Part shown: positions 1 to 8,850 of the stretch, piece after piece | Layout: every line of letters starts with the position of its first letter | How positions within the stretch are numbered: the first letter of the stretch is position 1 | Origin: a virus | Lineage: Duplodnaviria; Caudoviricetes | IMG/VR virus record: IMGVR_UViG_3300037483_000722 | Span: 1 to 36,249 of that record | Length of the DNA: 36,249 nt | Direction: 5' to 3' (one strand) | Notes under the pieces: generated by a model | What the model was told of the DNA's origin: nothing | Database searches by the model: none | Seen by the model: the letters and a program-made list of their open reading frames with translations, nothing else | Position numbers and translations under genes: made by a program

Positions 1-191
1 AAAATATAATCCACGAACTCCCAACTGCTTGGGATGGTATTGGCCATATACTCAAGCTGGGCCAGCTTTTCTTCGATCGTCAAAGACCGAATCTCCTCCA
101 TCAATCCCGGAGATAACGTTAAGCGGGTGCTCTTTGTGAAGAGCAGCAGCTCTGCCGCGTCTTGGGTGTGGCTGATTAGCGTTACATTCAT
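1..191 (-). CDS. thyX: FAD-dependent thymidylate synthase ThyX, N-terminal part (runs off the window edge)
   Basis: Not in the ORF track. Manual translation from ATG at 191 (RBS GAAAGGA) gives MNVTLISHTQDAAELLLFTKSTRL...MANTIPSSWEFVDYIF. The start and the S-x-x-E-F-V-x-Y-x-F segment match the ThyX N-terminus; the catalytic motif lies outside the window. Confidence 0.7.
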   Translation of the reverse strand, partial: MNVTLISHTQDAAELLLFTKSTRLTLSPGLMEEIRSLTIEEKLAQLEYMANTIPSSWEFVDYI

Positions 192-204
192 ACAGCTTCC
201 TTTC

Positions 205-440
205 TCAGTTGATTGCGCGGCGCACATCGTACGCCTGCGAAGTTGATTTTACGAGCCGTTTTATCACGCCTATATCGCGAACGACATCGTCAAGCAAAAT
301 ATTTCTCCAACAAGCGAATCTGCCGAGACTGAATACGCCGAATTGCGTCGTCAATTCAAACAATAAGCGTTTCCGTTCGTCGTCGTCAATCGGCGCAATC
401 TTTCCATACGCCTGTTCCGCCTCACCAAGAGACTCGGCAC
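205..440 (-). pseudogene. C-terminal remnant of a FAD-dependent oxidoreductase-like gene
   Basis: The frame of ORF 205..516 reads YGKIAPIDDDERKRLLFELTTQFGVFSLGRFACWRNILLDDVV. LGRFAxW...DDVV resembles the C-terminal FAD-binding motif of protoporphyrinogen oxidase/UDP-galactopyranose mutase-like flavoproteins. There is no credible start, and it abuts the DUF932 gene out of frame. Confidence 0.5.
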
Positions 441-1139
441 GTGTCTGCCGGACGCTGCGCGACCGTCCAGGCCGCCGTGCATAAGATTTTCCTGGACGAC
501 GTTGTACGTGGTCCAAAGGTCGGTGCCCTCATCTTCCACTCTGCGTACCATCAGCGCCTGTTCCGGGCTTATTGGCGGACGGCCATTGAACTTCACAGCC
601 AAAGCCTTCTCCGCAAATGCAAGCTGCTCGTGGAACGTCAGTTGTCGCTCCGTCATACGTTCGATCCGCTCAGAGATCATCGGCACCACGTCAATGACTT
701 TCTGAGTCGCTTCAGAAACTTGCTGGAGCAGCGTGGCATGGTTGTGGCGCAGGCGGATCTGTTCAAACATCGTGGCTGCCGTGATAAGACCGTTGGAGCA
801 GACCATCCGAAATAGCCCAGCCATCAACTGCCACGAAGAAGAGCCGTCGTGAGAGTTGACCAGCACGATCTCTGGGTGAATCGCGCCGGACTTGGTGATG
901 ATTGCCGGCAGGTCTGGATTGCCGAGGCGCACGAGGTGCTTGGCAAAAGCGCGATTGTTGGTGTTGCGCGAGCGCTTCTGAGAAGCTTGCACAGGATGCC
1001 AGTTCGCTTCGATCAGAGACAAGATGACATCTCCGGTCGAAACAAAGCTGTATCTGTCGGACAACTCCGACGCGGGTTGTTTTGCAAAAATCGATGGAGC
1101 GTGACTTGCCAGTTGCGAATGGGTAAGGATCGTTCTCAT
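351..1139 (-). CDS. DUF932/DUF945-family phage/plasmid protein, probably 3'-truncated
   Basis: Motifs SDRYSFVST, PEIVLVNSHDGSSSWQLMAGLFRMVCSNG and DLWTTYNVVQENLMHGG; RBS AAGGAG. Family-like sequence stops at about 440. Confidence 0.85.
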   Translation of the reverse strand: MRTILTHSQLASHAPSIFAKQPASELSDRYSFVSTGDVILSLIEANWHPVQASQKRSRNTNNRAFAKHLVRLGNPDLPAIITKSGAIHPEIVLVNSHDGSSSWQLMAGLFRMVCSNGLITAATMFEQIRLRHNHATLLQQVSEATQKVIDVVPMISERIERMTERQLTFHEQLAFAEKALAVKFNGRPPISPEQALMVRRVEDEGTDLWTTYNVVQENLMHGGLDGRAASGRHVPSLLVRRNRRMERLRRLTTTNGNAYCLN

Positions 1140-1180
1140 GGTTTTCTCCTTCTTTCTGAGTTGGTTGATCGTTAGAAGCT

Positions 1181-1221
1181 ATTGTCTTCCTTCCGGATCC
1201 GTAAAGCAACATAAAAATTCA
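1181..1221 (-). promoter_or_regulatory. sigma70-like promoter TTGCTT-N17-GACAAT with AT-rich upstream element
   Basis: -35 at 1204-1209 and -10 at 1181-1186. The 20 bp at 1202-1221 are identical to 2318-2337. Confidence 0.7.
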
Positions 1222-1234
1222 AAGAAGCGCATTT

Positions 1235-1450
1235 TTATTCTTGCCAGAACCGTTCTGGCTTGTAACGCTCCCACATTTCAAGTTTCAGCTGCCGCCACAA
1301 ACCGAGAACTGTGTGGCGTGTGACGTTCGGCCAATCTTTCGGGTCGTCCGAGCACGACCACAACATCTGGCGCACATCGGCAAACGTAAGACCTGTGCGG
1401 AATGCGCGATATGCGGCTAGCTCTTCGTCGCTCAATTTAACTCTCCTCAA
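1235..1450 (-). CDS. hypothetical phage protein
   Basis: 71 aa, 4-bp overlap with the upstream ORF, protein-like composition. Confidence 0.6.
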   Translation of the reverse strand: MRRVKLSDEELAAYRAFRTGLTFADVRQMLWSCSDDPKDWPNVTRHTVLGLWRQLKLEMWERYKPERFWQE

Positions 1451-1767
1451 CCCCGCAACAAGAAGTTGTGGTTTAACGACGGGTCGTAGATTCTACGGCA
1501 ATTATGACACAGCTTGCGCGGTGGTCGTACGCCAGCTTCGCGCTCGACATCGACCTCTTTTCCGCACCGGAGGCACTTCACTGTGGTTGTGATAACTATC
1601 ATCCTGCCGTCAATTTCATGTCGCCTCTCGACGCGATCTCTGTGTTCGTAGCGTTCTTTCGTCTTGCAGGGTGTGCAGATGCGGTCAACTCCAGCCCTTT
1701 TCTTCTGAACATACGCCTCACCCATCCTGCCGCAAACGCGGCAACCCAACAGCTTTCTTTTGCCCAT
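1447..1767 (-). CDS. zinc-finger protein (4 x CxxC)
   Basis: CRVC, CTPC, CLRC, CHNC; RBS AGGAG; tightly packed with its neighbours. Confidence 0.7.
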   Translation of the reverse strand: MGKRKLLGCRVCGRMGEAYVQKKRAGVDRICTPCKTKERYEHRDRVERRHEIDGRMIVITTTVKCLRCGKEVDVEREAGVRPPRKLCHNCRRIYDPSLNHNFLLRG

Positions 1768-1768
1768 C

Positions 1769-2260
1769 TCACACGCTCCTCTTGGTGATTTCTACGATCA
1801 GATAAACTTGCATCGCACGACCGACAGTCCAGTCATGATTCACGCCGTCGACGACCGCGAGGACGTGGTTCTTGGCGAAGAACAGGTACGACTTGCCATC
1901 TGCCCACACCTTGTTAAAGCGCTTCGGGTGATGGCTGGTGACATTTTTAAGGATCTGGTGCGACGGCGGGTACTGGCTGATGAATGTGCTTTTGATGCAA
2001 CCTTCTCCGTATCTGCTGAATTCTTTGCAATCAAATCCCAATGAGCGCACGGCGTGCAGCATGTCGTTTGTGCGCATCCCATCGCCGGACTTGCGTCCGT
2101 TTTGCGCACAAACTTCGCGAGCCGTCGCATAAGAGACGCCGCAAACGGTGGCTATTGCTTTTACGGAACAGTCGTTAGCTTCGCCGATGCGCCTGGCGTG
2201 CTCTTCCATGGCGTTGAATGTTGCGGAGACACGTTTGTCGGATGAGCAGATCTTTGCCAT
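1769..2260 (-). CDS. phage protein with papain/peptidase C39-like Cys-His-Asp pattern
   Basis: NDCSVKAIA...HVLAVVDG...HD. Start moved to ATG at 2260 behind RBS GAAGGAG and a promoter. Confidence 0.6.
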   Translation of the reverse strand: MAKICSSDKRVSATFNAMEEHARRIGEANDCSVKAIATVCGVSYATAREVCAQNGRKSGDGMRTNDMLHAVRSLGFDCKEFSRYGEGCIKSTFISQYPPSHQILKNVTSHHPKRFNKVWADGKSYLFFAKNHVLAVVDGVNHDWTVGRAMQVYLIVEITKRSV

Positions 2261-2296
2261 TTTAAGCTCCTTCAGTTCTGAGTTGGTCGTAGGGCC

Positions 2297-2337
2297 ATTA
2301 TCGCTCATCCAAATTCATAAAGCAACATAAAAATTCA
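2297..2337 (-). promoter_or_regulatory. sigma70-like promoter TTGCTT-N17-GATAAT
   Basis: -35 at 2320-2325 and -10 at 2297-2302; paralogous to the 1181-1221 promoter. Confidence 0.7.
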
Positions 2338-2370
2338 CTTGACTTGATTTTCATTTCGGGAATAATTCCC

Positions 2371-2399
2371 TTGCTTTATTTTGCGGGTCGAGGGAAGAT
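2371..2399 (+). promoter_or_regulatory. divergent promoter TTGCTT-N17-GAAGAT for the replication genes
   Basis: Same -35 and spacing as the other three TTGCTT promoters; preceded by the near-palindrome GGGAATAATTCCC (2358-2370). Confidence 0.5.
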
Positions 2400-2442
2400 A
2401 TCCTTCCAATCTCGGAAATCTCAACTCAGAAAGGACAGACAG

Positions 2443-3411
2443 ATGAATCTTGAGGCGAAAGAATTCCTCAGCGCGTTGTGCCCGACGCTGCCAGAGGACG
2501 AAAGGATGATTGTTTGCGCATTCAGCGGAGACCCGAATGTCGCTGAGAAGAACGCCTGGAAGCCGCGCCCTTGGCGGCCCGGAGACGATGTCAACTTGCC
2601 CTATTCTTGGAACGGTTACATCACCGTAAGCTCATTCAACATAGCCCAAGACAATACCTGGCGTAGGCGAGGTGCGTTGTATGCGGCTGGCCGTGCGCTG
2701 ATGGTGGATGATATCGGCACAAAGGTGGACGCGTCTGCCGTGAATGGTTTGCCGCCGAGTGCGGTCGTCGAAACGTCCCCTGGAAACTTTCAATACTGGT
2801 ATTTTTTGACAGAACCGGAACGTGATGCGCTGCGCTTTGACGGCGTAATCCGCGCATTCATCTCCGGTAAGCTGATGGGCGCTGATCCTGGAATGGCTGG
2901 CGTGACACGTGTCGGGCGCATCCCTGGATTCTCAAACAACAAGAAAAAGTACGACGGCTGGGTCGTCGCGACGCGTGAGTTGACAGACAGAACTTATTCC
3001 ATCGAAGAGCTGTTGGAGGCGTTCAAATTGCAAATTATGGGTCGCCAAGCGCCGTTGAAGAAATTGCCGACCGAAGAAGCGATTGAGCGCAATCGCAACT
3101 TTATGGAGATCTATAAGTTCTTGCGGCAACGGGCGATGCTGAAGCGTGAAGATCCGGACGCTGGCGGCTGGACAGAAATTGAATGTCCGTGGATCGACAG
3201 CCACACAGCGAAGGCAAATACCGGCGCGGCCATCTCTGAGCCAAGCGAAGAGAATTATTTTTACGGCGGATTTCGCTGTCATCACGGACATTGCGCTGAG
3301 CGCGGCTGGCAAGATCTCTGCGACTGGGTGAACGAGCTGGCTGCTGAAGAGCTTGACGCGGCGAATGTTGGAGAGGCTGAATTCGGAAATTCATTGAAAG
3401 GCGGGGAGTGA
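2443..3411 (+). CDS. RepB-type (RSF1010 RepB'-like, AEP superfamily) DNA primase with C-terminal Zn-binding domain
   Basis: ALMVDD, PPSAVVETSPGNFQYWYFL, RVGRIPGFSN; C-terminal CPW..H...FRCHHGHC. ATG at 2443 follows RBS AAAGGA. Confidence 0.85.
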   Translation: MNLEAKEFLSALCPTLPEDERMIVCAFSGDPNVAEKNAWKPRPWRPGDDVNLPYSWNGYITVSSFNIAQDNTWRRRGALYAAGRALMVDDIGTKVDASAVNGLPPSAVVETSPGNFQYWYFLTEPERDALRFDGVIRAFISGKLMGADPGMAGVTRVGRIPGFSNNKKKYDGWVVATRELTDRTYSIEELLEAFKLQIMGRQAPLKKLPTEEAIERNRNFMEIYKFLRQRAMLKREDPDAGGWTEIECPWIDSHTAKANTGAAISEPSEENYFYGGFRCHHGHCAERGWQDLCDWVNELAAEELDAANVGEAEFGNSLKGGE

Positions 3412-3412
3412 G

Positions 3413-4873
3413 ATGTCCACAATCGAAGAACGCACAGCACGTAGAGAGGCGGAACTGGCTGCTGCTCTGGAAGAGACGCGTCGGCAAGCGTACGTGGAGG
3501 ATTATGTGTGGGACAAGGCGCAATGCCGGTTCTGGGATCTGCGCGACGGAACCTTACACGAAGACAAGGCCGTCGATGCATCGATACCACTGGAGCGTTG
3601 GCGTGTGGTGGTTCAAGACGGCGACGAGGATGACGCCCCGGGAGAAGCGTCTGCGCGACGTGGACGGCCAAGGCGGCGACGTGAACAGCTCGTTCAACCA
3701 TCCAAGGACATCATGCGCATAGAGACCGACCAAACCGTGGAGGGGTCGACTTGGTGGCCTGGTCGGGAGCAGGTGATAAAGGATTGGTTCATCGACAGAG
3801 ATGGCTTTTACCCTTCCAAAGGGCGGCGCATCTACAATCAATATAAGCGTCCGCCGGAATTGAACGGTGATCCAGCGCTGGCTGGAGTTTGGCTCGATCA
3901 CGTCAAGCGCCTTTGGCCAGACAGGAAGGAGCACGAGTACTTTTTTGACTATTGCGCTCACATGGTTCAATTCCCGGAGGTGAAGTGCAACGCCGCGATC
4001 GTGTTGAGTGGGACGCAGGGCATCGGCAAGGATGCCGCGTTGTTGCCGGTGAAGGAGGCGGTCGGCTCCTGGAACACCAAAGGGATCGATCCGGACGAAC
4101 TGTTCAGCCAGTACAAGCCGTGGATCCAAACGCTAATGCTCGTGGTCGACGAAGTTCGACCGAGCAAAGATGAATTCCACGCATCCAGCATGTACAACAT
4201 TCTCAAGCCGATGATCGTCGCGCCGCCAAACACCCTCCCGCTCAACGACAAATACGCCAAGCTCAGATACATCATCAATGTGATGCGCGTGTTTATTACG
4301 ACCAACGACTGGATGGCGATGTACATCCCCGCTGAAGACCGGCGTATGTTCATCATGCACTCGACGCTGATACAGAATTGGCACATCGCTGAAGGAAAAC
4401 CGAATTATTTTATAGATCTGTTTGCGTGGTTCGCTTCCGGCGGCGACGGTCACGTGTCTGCTTGGCTGAAGCAGCGCGACCTCTCTGAATTCAATCCAAA
4501 GGCTCAGGTGGAGAAGACTGCTGGGTGGGAGGCGGTCGCAAATACATGGTCTGAGCCGGAGGATGCCGTGTCGCAAGCGCTGGACATCCTGGAACGTCCT
4601 CCGGTCGTGTTCGGATCTGAGATGGTCAGGATCCAGTTTGACGGAGCAGAAGATATCTTAGGGATGCTCAAATCGCCGCGTAAAATCGGCCACAGAATGC
4701 AACGAGCAGGGTACATAGCGGTGCAAAATCCTGGCGGCGGAAAATGGTCCTTTAAGGGCGAGGAAACGTCGATAACAGCCAAATTGGCGTTCGTTAAAAT
4801 GGACAGCGGCATCAACAAAAATGACATGGTTTCTGCCATAATTCAGCGCGGAGAATCGCTAGTAAAAAAATAA
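3413..4873 (+). CDS. primase-associated SF3-like helicase/NTPase (DUF5906-like)
   Basis: Walker A GTQGIGKD, Walker B LVVDE, motif C FITTN, and EDRR; adjacent to the primase. Confidence 0.85.
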   Translation: MSTIEERTARREAELAAALEETRRQAYVEDYVWDKAQCRFWDLRDGTLHEDKAVDASIPLERWRVVVQDGDEDDAPGEASARRGRPRRRREQLVQPSKDIMRIETDQTVEGSTWWPGREQVIKDWFIDRDGFYPSKGRRIYNQYKRPPELNGDPALAGVWLDHVKRLWPDRKEHEYFFDYCAHMVQFPEVKCNAAIVLSGTQGIGKDAALLPVKEAVGSWNTKGIDPDELFSQYKPWIQTLMLVVDEVRPSKDEFHASSMYNILKPMIVAPPNTLPLNDKYAKLRYIINVMRVFITTNDWMAMYIPAEDRRMFIMHSTLIQNWHIAEGKPNYFIDLFAWFASGGDGHVSAWLKQRDLSEFNPKAQVEKTAGWEAVANTWSEPEDAVSQALDILERPPVVFGSEMVRIQFDGAEDILGMLKSPRKIGHRMQRAGYIAVQNPGGGKWSFKGEETSITAKLAFVKMDSGINKNDMVSAIIQRGESLVKK

Positions 4874-4947
4874 TTTTTGAAATGGCGTGCAATGGCCGAT
4901 AATGCCGCTGTCTGATGCTTTCCCGACCTTATATGCCGCTGAATGGA

Positions 4948-5168
4948 GTCTGTGATCAAGATTTCCGAGATTTTGCCGTATTATGCTGTCTGTGTTCAAG
5001 ATATGCCGAGATAACCAAGTTACTATTTGTTGCGAAAATATTAATTAAAATAGACATTTTAAGGGGGTTGGAAGAGAGGTGAAAAAGTTAAGTAGGCGTT
5101 ATATAAGGATAAACATTTTAATTAATATTTAGACAACAATAGGCAAACTCGGAATCTTGGTAATCTTG
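4948..5168. repeat. AT-rich imperfect palindrome with iteron-like repeats; candidate replication origin
   Basis: Perfect 16-bp inverted repeat 5036-5051/5115-5130. Direct repeats at 4948-4971 and 4988-5012, with an inverted CAAGAT..CCGAG copy at 5148-5168. Non-coding and directly after the helicase. Confidence 0.6.
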
Positions 5169-5188
5169 TTTTCGGGCGGAAAAAGGGC

Positions 5189-5217
5189 TTGCTTTTTATC
5201 GCGGCAAGAGCGATAAT
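5189..5217 (+). promoter_or_regulatory. promoter TTGCTT-N17-GATAAT upstream of terminase
   Basis: -35 at 5189-5194 and -10 at 5212-5217. Confidence 0.65.
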
Positions 5218-5279
5218 CATCTGGGATTCGTCCAGGTTCGTTGGGCGACTGCAATTTCAGGTCGAAAATGAGGTCGTTT

Positions 5280-5819
5280 ATGGCGAAGAAAAAAGACAAG
5301 AATCGCGGCAATTTGACGTCGGGAAAGATATGGGAAGCGAGAACGACACTTGGCCGTCCGAGACTGTTCTCCTCGCCTGAAAGTCTGTGGAATGCGGCCT
5401 GCGAATATTTCCAGTGGGTTGATGACAATCCGATCGTCGTCATCGATGTCGGCAAGGCTGGAGATCATTTCGGAGAACGGATAGAGATCCCACACCAAAG
5501 ACCTTACACCATCGAAGGTCTGGCGGTGTTTTTGGATTGCGACAAGACAACGCTGCTCAACTACGGTACGAGAGAAGGTTACGAAGATTTTTTCACCGTC
5601 GTGACGAAAATAAAAGAGACGATGTACTCTCAGAAATTTTCCGGAGCCTCAGTAGGCATTTTCAATGCGATGATAATCTCCAGAGACCTTGGGCTGAAAG
5701 ATCATCAGGAGGTGACAGGCGCGGATGGCCGTCCATTGATGGGCGCTGCGAATAGCGACGAGCAAGCCTCCGCGTCTCGTACACGGCTTTTAGCGATGGT
5801 GAATGACGACGATGAGTAA
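5280..5819 (+). CDS. terS: terminase small subunit (P22 gp3-like)
   Basis: GRPRLFSSPESLWNAACEYFQWVDDNP, RPYTIEGLAVFL, QKFSGASVGIFNAMIISRDLGL; immediately upstream of TerL. Confidence 0.9.
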   Translation: MAKKKDKNRGNLTSGKIWEARTTLGRPRLFSSPESLWNAACEYFQWVDDNPIVVIDVGKAGDHFGERIEIPHQRPYTIEGLAVFLDCDKTTLLNYGTREGYEDFFTVVTKIKETMYSQKFSGASVGIFNAMIISRDLGLKDHQEVTGADGRPLMGAANSDEQASASRTRLLAMVNDDDE

Positions 5820-7260
5820 TTATCCGTCGCTCATAGACTTCTGGCGGATTCGCAGGAAGATGGCTGGCCAACACTGCGAGGTGATGCCGTTTCATGAAGA
5901 GATTGCAGACAAGTTGACGAAGCTTGTCTGCGGCACTCTCGGCAAGCCAAATCTTATGATTCTCATGCCGCCGCGCTGCGCGAAGACTGACCTGGCAAAT
6001 CAGACATTCATTTCGTGGGCGCTGTCCTGGTTTCCGGACAGCGAGTTTATATGCTCAAGTTATGGTGCTGACCTTGCTGTCGACAACGCGGTCAACGTCA
6101 GAGAGACGCTCAGCTCCGGTTGGTATCAGTCTATGGTTGACAGTTCTTGGGGCGCTCGCATGGATATGCGCGGCAGCAAAGCTGCAGGACGACAAGACCA
6201 TTTCTTCACCCAGCAAGGCGGCGTTGTTAAGGCTGTCGGTAGAGGCGGCGCTGCCACAGGATTTGGTGCAGGCCAGCTTCGGGAAGAGTTCGGAGGGGTT
6301 GTCCTTATCGATGATCCTCTGAAGGCGTTAGAAGCCAGATCCGCAGCAGCAAGAAAAGAGGCGTGGGCGCACATATCAGGCACGCTCAAGTCTCGACGCA
6401 ACAGGCAAGACGATCCGATAACGCCCACCATGCTCATCATGCAACGCCTTCACCCGGAGGATCCTGCTGGGATGTTTATGCGTGAAGAGCGCGACGAATG
6501 GGACATCCTTCAGATTCCTGCGCATGACGACCAGAACAACGTCATCTGGCCTGGACGTCTGTCGATGAAACAGTTGGAGCTGATCAAGGAGACCGACCCT
6601 GAGACGTATGACGCTCAATACATGCAAGAGCCGTCTTCGTCCAAACGGGCGATATTCAAAGATCATTACTGGCGTTATTGGCGCGACCAAGCGTCTGTGG
6701 AATCTCAGATAACGCTGAAATTCATAACCTCTGACACTGCGTTTGAAGCTAAGACGTCTGCAGATTGGTCGGTGCTCCAGTGTTGGGGTGCCGTGTCAAC
6801 GTCATGCTTGGTGCTTATCGATCAGATCAGAGGTAAGTGGGATTATCCGGATCTGACAAAGGCTTCTAAGCAGTTCTGGGAAAAACACACAGCTAAACGC
6901 TCTGGCGTCACGCCAGTGACTGAGTTCTGGATCGAGAACAAGGCATCTGGCATCTCTTTGGTGCAGACGATGCGCTCTGTCGATATCCCTGCAAGACCTT
7001 GGGATCCGAAAGACCTCACCCCGAAAGACAAGGTCGGTCGTGCGAAGCATTCCACCATGCCCTTGTCTACGGGTCGTGTTTGGTTGCCAGATCCGAAGAT
7101 GGTCGGGTTTGAATGGGTAAACAGATTTATCGCAGAACACTCTGCATTCACCGATGATGACAGCCACCTCAATGACGACCAGGTTGACGGCCATACGGAA
7201 GCGTCGTCCATCTGGCAAGAGCGCGGCGGCGGCACAGGCCCGATTAGGAGTTTGATTTAA
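5803..7260 (+). CDS. terL: terminase large subunit
   Basis: MPPRCAKT (Walker A variant), VLIDDP, IMQRLHPED, AQYMQEP, nuclease motifs DTA, IENKASG and DDQVD. Start may be 5812. Confidence 0.95.
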   Translation: MTTMSNYPSLIDFWRIRRKMAGQHCEVMPFHEEIADKLTKLVCGTLGKPNLMILMPPRCAKTDLANQTFISWALSWFPDSEFICSSYGADLAVDNAVNVRETLSSGWYQSMVDSSWGARMDMRGSKAAGRQDHFFTQQGGVVKAVGRGGAATGFGAGQLREEFGGVVLIDDPLKALEARSAAARKEAWAHISGTLKSRRNRQDDPITPTMLIMQRLHPEDPAGMFMREERDEWDILQIPAHDDQNNVIWPGRLSMKQLELIKETDPETYDAQYMQEPSSSKRAIFKDHYWRYWRDQASVESQITLKFITSDTAFEAKTSADWSVLQCWGAVSTSCLVLIDQIRGKWDYPDLTKASKQFWEKHTAKRSGVTPVTEFWIENKASGISLVQTMRSVDIPARPWDPKDLTPKDKVGRAKHSTMPLSTGRVWLPDPKMVGFEWVNRFIAEHSAFTDDDSHLNDDQVDGHTEASSIWQERGGGTGPIRSLI

Positions 7261-8747
7261 TGGCATCTATCACGAACAGCGCAGGAGCCCTCGGCCTCGG
7301 AGACAGAGGTGCATACTCATGGCTGCCGTCAAACACGGGCAACCCCTACGACTCCCAGGACATGGTTTATCGGTGGCGCCAATACGTCAAGTTGTATGAA
7401 ACGTCGTGGGAAGCGCGAAAAATTGTTCGCATCGTCCCAGAAGACGCTCTGCGGAAAGAGTGGATTGCCGAAGATATTCCGGAGGAGTTTGCAGATAAGA
7501 TCCAATCTCGGCTAGAGCAACTGCGGTTCGGCGAATCATTGAAGCGGGCGCTAATGCTAGAGCGTCTACTTGGAGGCTGTTTGCAATTCATGGGAGTTGA
7601 GTCCGAGAACGATGAAACAGCGTCAACATACAAGTACGATGGTCGCGTCACATTTTGCAACGCCATTCCTGTCAGCCGCATCAGTCGTGTTTCGTGGGAC
7701 ACAAATCCTCTCTCAGCAGGTTACATGCGCCCGGAGATTTACCTAGTCAATGGGCAGCAGGTGCACAAATCGAGATGCTTGGTGTGGGATGGTGAACCTC
7801 TGTTCGATCCGTATGACTTTGCGTTGACGAATTTCCGGGCGAACATTTCCGGTTTCGGCCCGTCGAAGCTGGCTTCGATTTGGGATGATATTATTCGCGC
7901 ACTTGGCACACGGCAAGCAGCATATCAACTTGTGCAAACGAATAACGCCATTCTGATGAAAGTGACGGACCTTCAAGGTCTAGACGGAACAAGACCGGGG
8001 AAAAATGCCATCTCGAAGCTGAAGGAGCTTGCCAACAATTTAAGTGTTTATCGCGCAGCGCTGTTTGACGGGGACAAGGCGGATATCAGCCAGCACTCCG
8101 CAAGTTTTGGTTCTGTCCCGGAATTGCTCATGTCTTATCTTCAAGTTGTTTCTGCTGGGTCGGATATCCCAGCTACCCGATTTATCGGCCAAGCGCCTGG
8201 AGGCCTGAACGCAACTGGCGAAAGTGACCTTGAGAATTATTACAACACGATTGACGCATATCAGCGCCAACGCATCGAGCCAAACTTACGGAAGATGTAT
8301 GATTTTCTTGGTTACGAAATTGACCGCGAAGGATGGAAGAAAGCTCGTAAGGATTTGCATTTTGAATTCCCACCGCTGTGGAACGCGTCTGAGTTGGAGG
8401 AAGCGCAGAAGGATGCCATGATCATCGACAATCTCATGAAGCTTCGTGACGCCGATTTGGTTTCTGACGCTGAATGCATCCGTGAGATCAACGCAAAAGG
8501 CGTGCTGTCAATCGACCTTGATGATGTGGATGAGGGGCTTCTTGATGAGTTTGATGAGGTGCAAGACGTCGAAGAGCAACAACCGAAAGGTGTGACTCAG
8601 GTCCCGGCCAATTACAAGACGGCAGACGTTGACACGGCAGCACGTATCAAAGAAGCTGGCGGCAACCCGGAAAATGTGGACTTGCAGCATTTCTCCAAAG
8701 GGCTTGCTGTTGAGGGTGAGCACAAGGATACCGTTGGGGGGAGATGA
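7260..8747 (+). CDS. portal protein (DUF1073-type) with C-terminal extension
   Basis: Follows TerL; ARKIV..PEDALR, IPATRFIGQAPGGLNATGESDLENYY, FEFPPLW. Confidence 0.9.
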   Translation: MASITNSAGALGLGDRGAYSWLPSNTGNPYDSQDMVYRWRQYVKLYETSWEARKIVRIVPEDALRKEWIAEDIPEEFADKIQSRLEQLRFGESLKRALMLERLLGGCLQFMGVESENDETASTYKYDGRVTFCNAIPVSRISRVSWDTNPLSAGYMRPEIYLVNGQQVHKSRCLVWDGEPLFDPYDFALTNFRANISGFGPSKLASIWDDIIRALGTRQAAYQLVQTNNAILMKVTDLQGLDGTRPGKNAISKLKELANNLSVYRAALFDGDKADISQHSASFGSVPELLMSYLQVVSAGSDIPATRFIGQAPGGLNATGESDLENYYNTIDAYQRQRIEPNLRKMYDFLGYEIDREGWKKARKDLHFEFPPLWNASELEEAQKDAMIIDNLMKLRDADLVSDAECIREINAKGVLSIDLDDVDEGLLDEFDEVQDVEEQQPKGVTQVPANYKTADVDTAARIKEAGGNPENVDLQHFSKGLAVEGEHKDTVGGR

Positions 8748-8826
8748 CAAAACCCTCGCAAAGATTACGCTTGATCATCTTTCCGAGGATCCGAAATATT
8801 ACGACAAACTTGAAAAGGTGGAGAAC
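8670..8826 (+). pseudogene. DUF5661-like domain split by a +1 frameshift at the G6 run (8736-8741)
   Basis: Portal frame gives KGLAVEGEHKDTVGG; the +1 frame continues DDKTLAKITLDHLSEDPKYYDKL. Together these match the GxxVExEH...IxxDHLxExPxYYxxL pattern. Confidence 0.7.
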
Positions 8827-8850
8827 ATCAACCCGTCTGTTCGAACATTC

